This document shows positions 61,480 through 64,000 of a DNA stretch of 64,000 nt, piece after piece. Source of the stretch: Squalus acanthias (Eukaryota); assembly GCA_030390025.1 (NCBI GenBank), contig CM059432.1:116748001-116812000 (forward strand). Direction: 5' to 3'. Numbering within the stretch: position 1 is the first letter of the stretch; the number at the start of each line of letters is the position of its first letter. The notes under the pieces were generated by a model. The model did not search any database and was not told where the DNA came from. It saw only the letters and a list, made by a program, of their open reading frames with translations. The position numbers and the translations under genes were made by a program.

Positions 61480-62024
61480 CTGTTAACACAAGTTGTCTTT
61501 AAATCTAAATATTTAGATTATAACTATACCTCTAAGTCTTGTAACATTAATTACAAATTCTATTCCATATTCAGTGCAAAAAAACTGTGTTATAACCTGA
61601 TTTTTATATACTAATCCATCACTTCGGAAAGGAACAAACGGACACTAAGCAGCAATATGGATTTAGCAGGACTTTACTTCCATAAGGATTGCGTGCTGTA
61701 CATACTGATACATGTACATTGTATAGGCAGAGGAGACACATTATGCAGGCACATACACTTCTAATACACCTCTGTAATTATTTTCGCAGAGAAACAAATG
61801 TCAGCTCCTCCGCCAGCAACACAGCTTGTCTTCATCTTAAGTAAACATTAGCTCTTCAGCAATCGTGAGCTCGCAAATTCAAACAGGTCTACAGCACATC
61901 TGTACGTGCAAGCATTGATGAGCTCCATACCACATGGGAGGCAGCAGTGAGGGTTTACTCAGGCCCCGAAATTGGACAAGTGTACAAAAACACAATGCAT
62001 TCTCTAGAATTTCTCTCTCCGCTA

Positions 62025-62642
62025 CATAGAGGCATAGAGTACAAAAGCAAGGAAGTTATGATAAACCTTTATAAATCACTGGTTCAACCTCAACTGGAAT
62101 AGTGTGTCCAATTCTGGGCACCGCACTTTAGGAAGGATGTGAAGGCCTTAGAGAGGGTGCAGAAAAGATTTACACGAATGGTTCCAGGGATGAGGGACTT
62201 CAGTTACATGGATAGACTGCAGAAGTTGGGCTTGTTCTCCTTAGAGCAGAGAAGGTTGAGAGGAGATTTGATAGAAGTGTTCAAAATCGCGAGGGGTCTA
62301 GACAGAGTAGATAGAGAGAAACTGTTCCCATTGACGGAAGGGTCGAGAACCAGAGGACACAGATTCAAGGTGATTGGTAAAAGAACTAAAGGCGACATGA
62401 GGAAAAACTTTTTTATGCAGCATGTGGTTAGGATCTGGAATGCACTGCCTGAAAGGGTGGTGGAGGCACGCTCAATCGTGGTTTTCAAAAGGGAGTTGGA
62501 TAAGTACCCGAGAGGAAAACATTTGCAGGGCTACGGGGAAAGGCGGGGGAGTGGGACTAGCTGAAGTGCTCTTGCTGAGAGCCAGCATGGGCTCGACGGG
62601 CCAAATGGCCTCCTTCTGGGCTGTAACCATTCTATGATTCTA
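62025..62642 (+). mobile_element. 5'-truncated CR1 LINE 3' end
   Basis: ORF 62139-62564 is the CR1 C-terminus; ATTCTATGATTCTA tail. Confidence 0.9.
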
Positions 62643-62861
62643 GTGGAGGCATTAACCCAGTTATTTTAAATGGGTTAGCGTCACTGCTAAAATAGCAGAG
62701 AAAGGAATTTCAAACAAATGTGTTACGTGTTTGTACTCTAGTATCGCAGGGGGTAACTTCAGGGCCACACTGTGTGCTGTGTACTTGGGGTGGAATGTGT
62801 CTGACATATTGTGGCACAAGTTTTCATTATTGAAAGACAAGATTAGGCACTATTTTAATAG

Positions 62862-62945
62862 TGGCCTAGTGGTTATGATATTGGACTAGCAACCCAGAGG
62901 TTGAGAGTTCAAATCCCATGGCAATATGTGAAATTGAATTCAATA
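62862..62945 (+). mobile_element. Isolated tRNA-like SINE head
   Basis: TGGCCTAGTGG (A-box) and GAGTTCAAATCC (B-box); resembles the reversed head at 45325-45395. Confidence 0.5.
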
Positions 62946-63339
62946 AGAAAGACTATTTTAATGAATCTGGTTTGGTTCATTCTTTTCCATTGCGAGACTG
63001 GTTAAATATTAAACACGTGTCATTTTTAAATTCTCTTCTGCTCTTTTTCCCCACCTTGAAGTCCTGCGAAAGAATGAATTAGAATCAGAAATATGATGAC
63101 ACGTAATAACCCAGCGAGGATGCAGAGAGAAGGAAGAACACGTACCATGTTGTATTTAGAACTCAGGGACAAGAGGAAGTGGTTCAGAAGACCAATGACA
63201 TTGTGCATAGCATTGATAAATTGAGAAAAGTAAGGTTGTGATGGGAAGAAAGATAATTTAAAGGCTACAAGAGGGAAGAACTGATGAAAATACAGTTTGA
63301 ACATTTAGCTGGCTAAAAGCGAACAGAGAAAAAACCTAA

Positions 63340-63478
63340 TACAAAAAGAAAATACTGCAGATGCTGGAAATCTGAAATAAAAACAGAAAATGCTGGAGAT
63401 ACTCAGCAGGTCAGGCAGCATCTGTGAAGAGAGAAACAGAGTTAACGTTTCAGGTCGATGACCTTTCGTCAGAACTGG
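63340..63478 (-). mobile_element. Short Penelope-type repeat with intact minimal hammerhead motif (63440-63476)
   Basis: Minus strand AGTT-CTGACGA-A-AGGTC ATC GACCT-GAAA-CG-TT-AACT; homologous to 23885-24020. Confidence 0.75.
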
Positions 63479-64000
63479 CTATGTTTGGTTTCTTTTCTAG
63501 GATAAAAGGCAGGAGAGGTTAAGAGACATTAAGAGATATTCAAGGCGAAAGGAGATGGTAATGAGACAGGTTAAGAAACAAAGGATAGCTCTAGATGAAG
63601 TATGAATTGCGCTGGCAGAATGAAAGACAGCTGCCATGTGGGAGAGAAGAAACACTCAGGCAAAAAGTGTGGATGAAAAATATATATATGATAGGGGCCG
63701 AGGTTATGACAAAACCTATATGACAACTGTTGCAATCAATTCCTTCGTTCAAGGTGTTAAACTGCAAATCCTCTTTGCTGGAAGATAGCCACGTCTGCTA
63801 ATTGGGAACAGGTTACAAACTGCTTCACGGACCAGTAATTTTGCTTAAATGGAAATTTAAAAATTGCTACTGCTGTTGTTAAAATGATGTATTAAGTTTG
63901 AATCATCATCAAGCCTGGACCCAGTTGTAATCTTTGTGGAACTATTTTAAGTGTGTCCTGTAATGGCTGGATGGATATTCGATAATCATCAAACAAACAT

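Overview
Eukaryotic (vertebrate) genomic DNA. The repeat families suggest a cartilaginous fish such as a shark (inference). The window is dominated by transposable elements. The only host gene I can support is TIMM21: its last three coding exons lie on the minus strand (56377-61479) and the gene continues past the right edge. The centrepiece is a full-length CR1 LINE (~36617-45324) with an esterase-type ORF1 and an EN/RT ORF2 that sits in the -1 frame directly behind a UUUAAAC heptamer. A complete 4258-bp two-gene PIF/Harbinger transposon (38166-42423; 12-bp TIRs, TCT target duplication) is inserted in ORF2. It carries a transposase with one nonsense codon and a convergent, intact three-exon Myb/SANT-like gene. 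Also present: short Penelope-type repeats with minimal hammerhead ribozyme cores (one a ~90-bp-arm hairpin with a 13-bp target duplication inside a TIMM21 intron); Harbinger-type MITEs carrying promoter and splice motifs; a fossil Harbinger transposase; a 1.49-kb solo LTR; a Gypsy gag fragment; three SINE families that each share a 3' tail with a LINE family in the window; and a multi-layer nested insertion stack at 29.4-35.8 kb. Family names come from motif recognition, not database searches.
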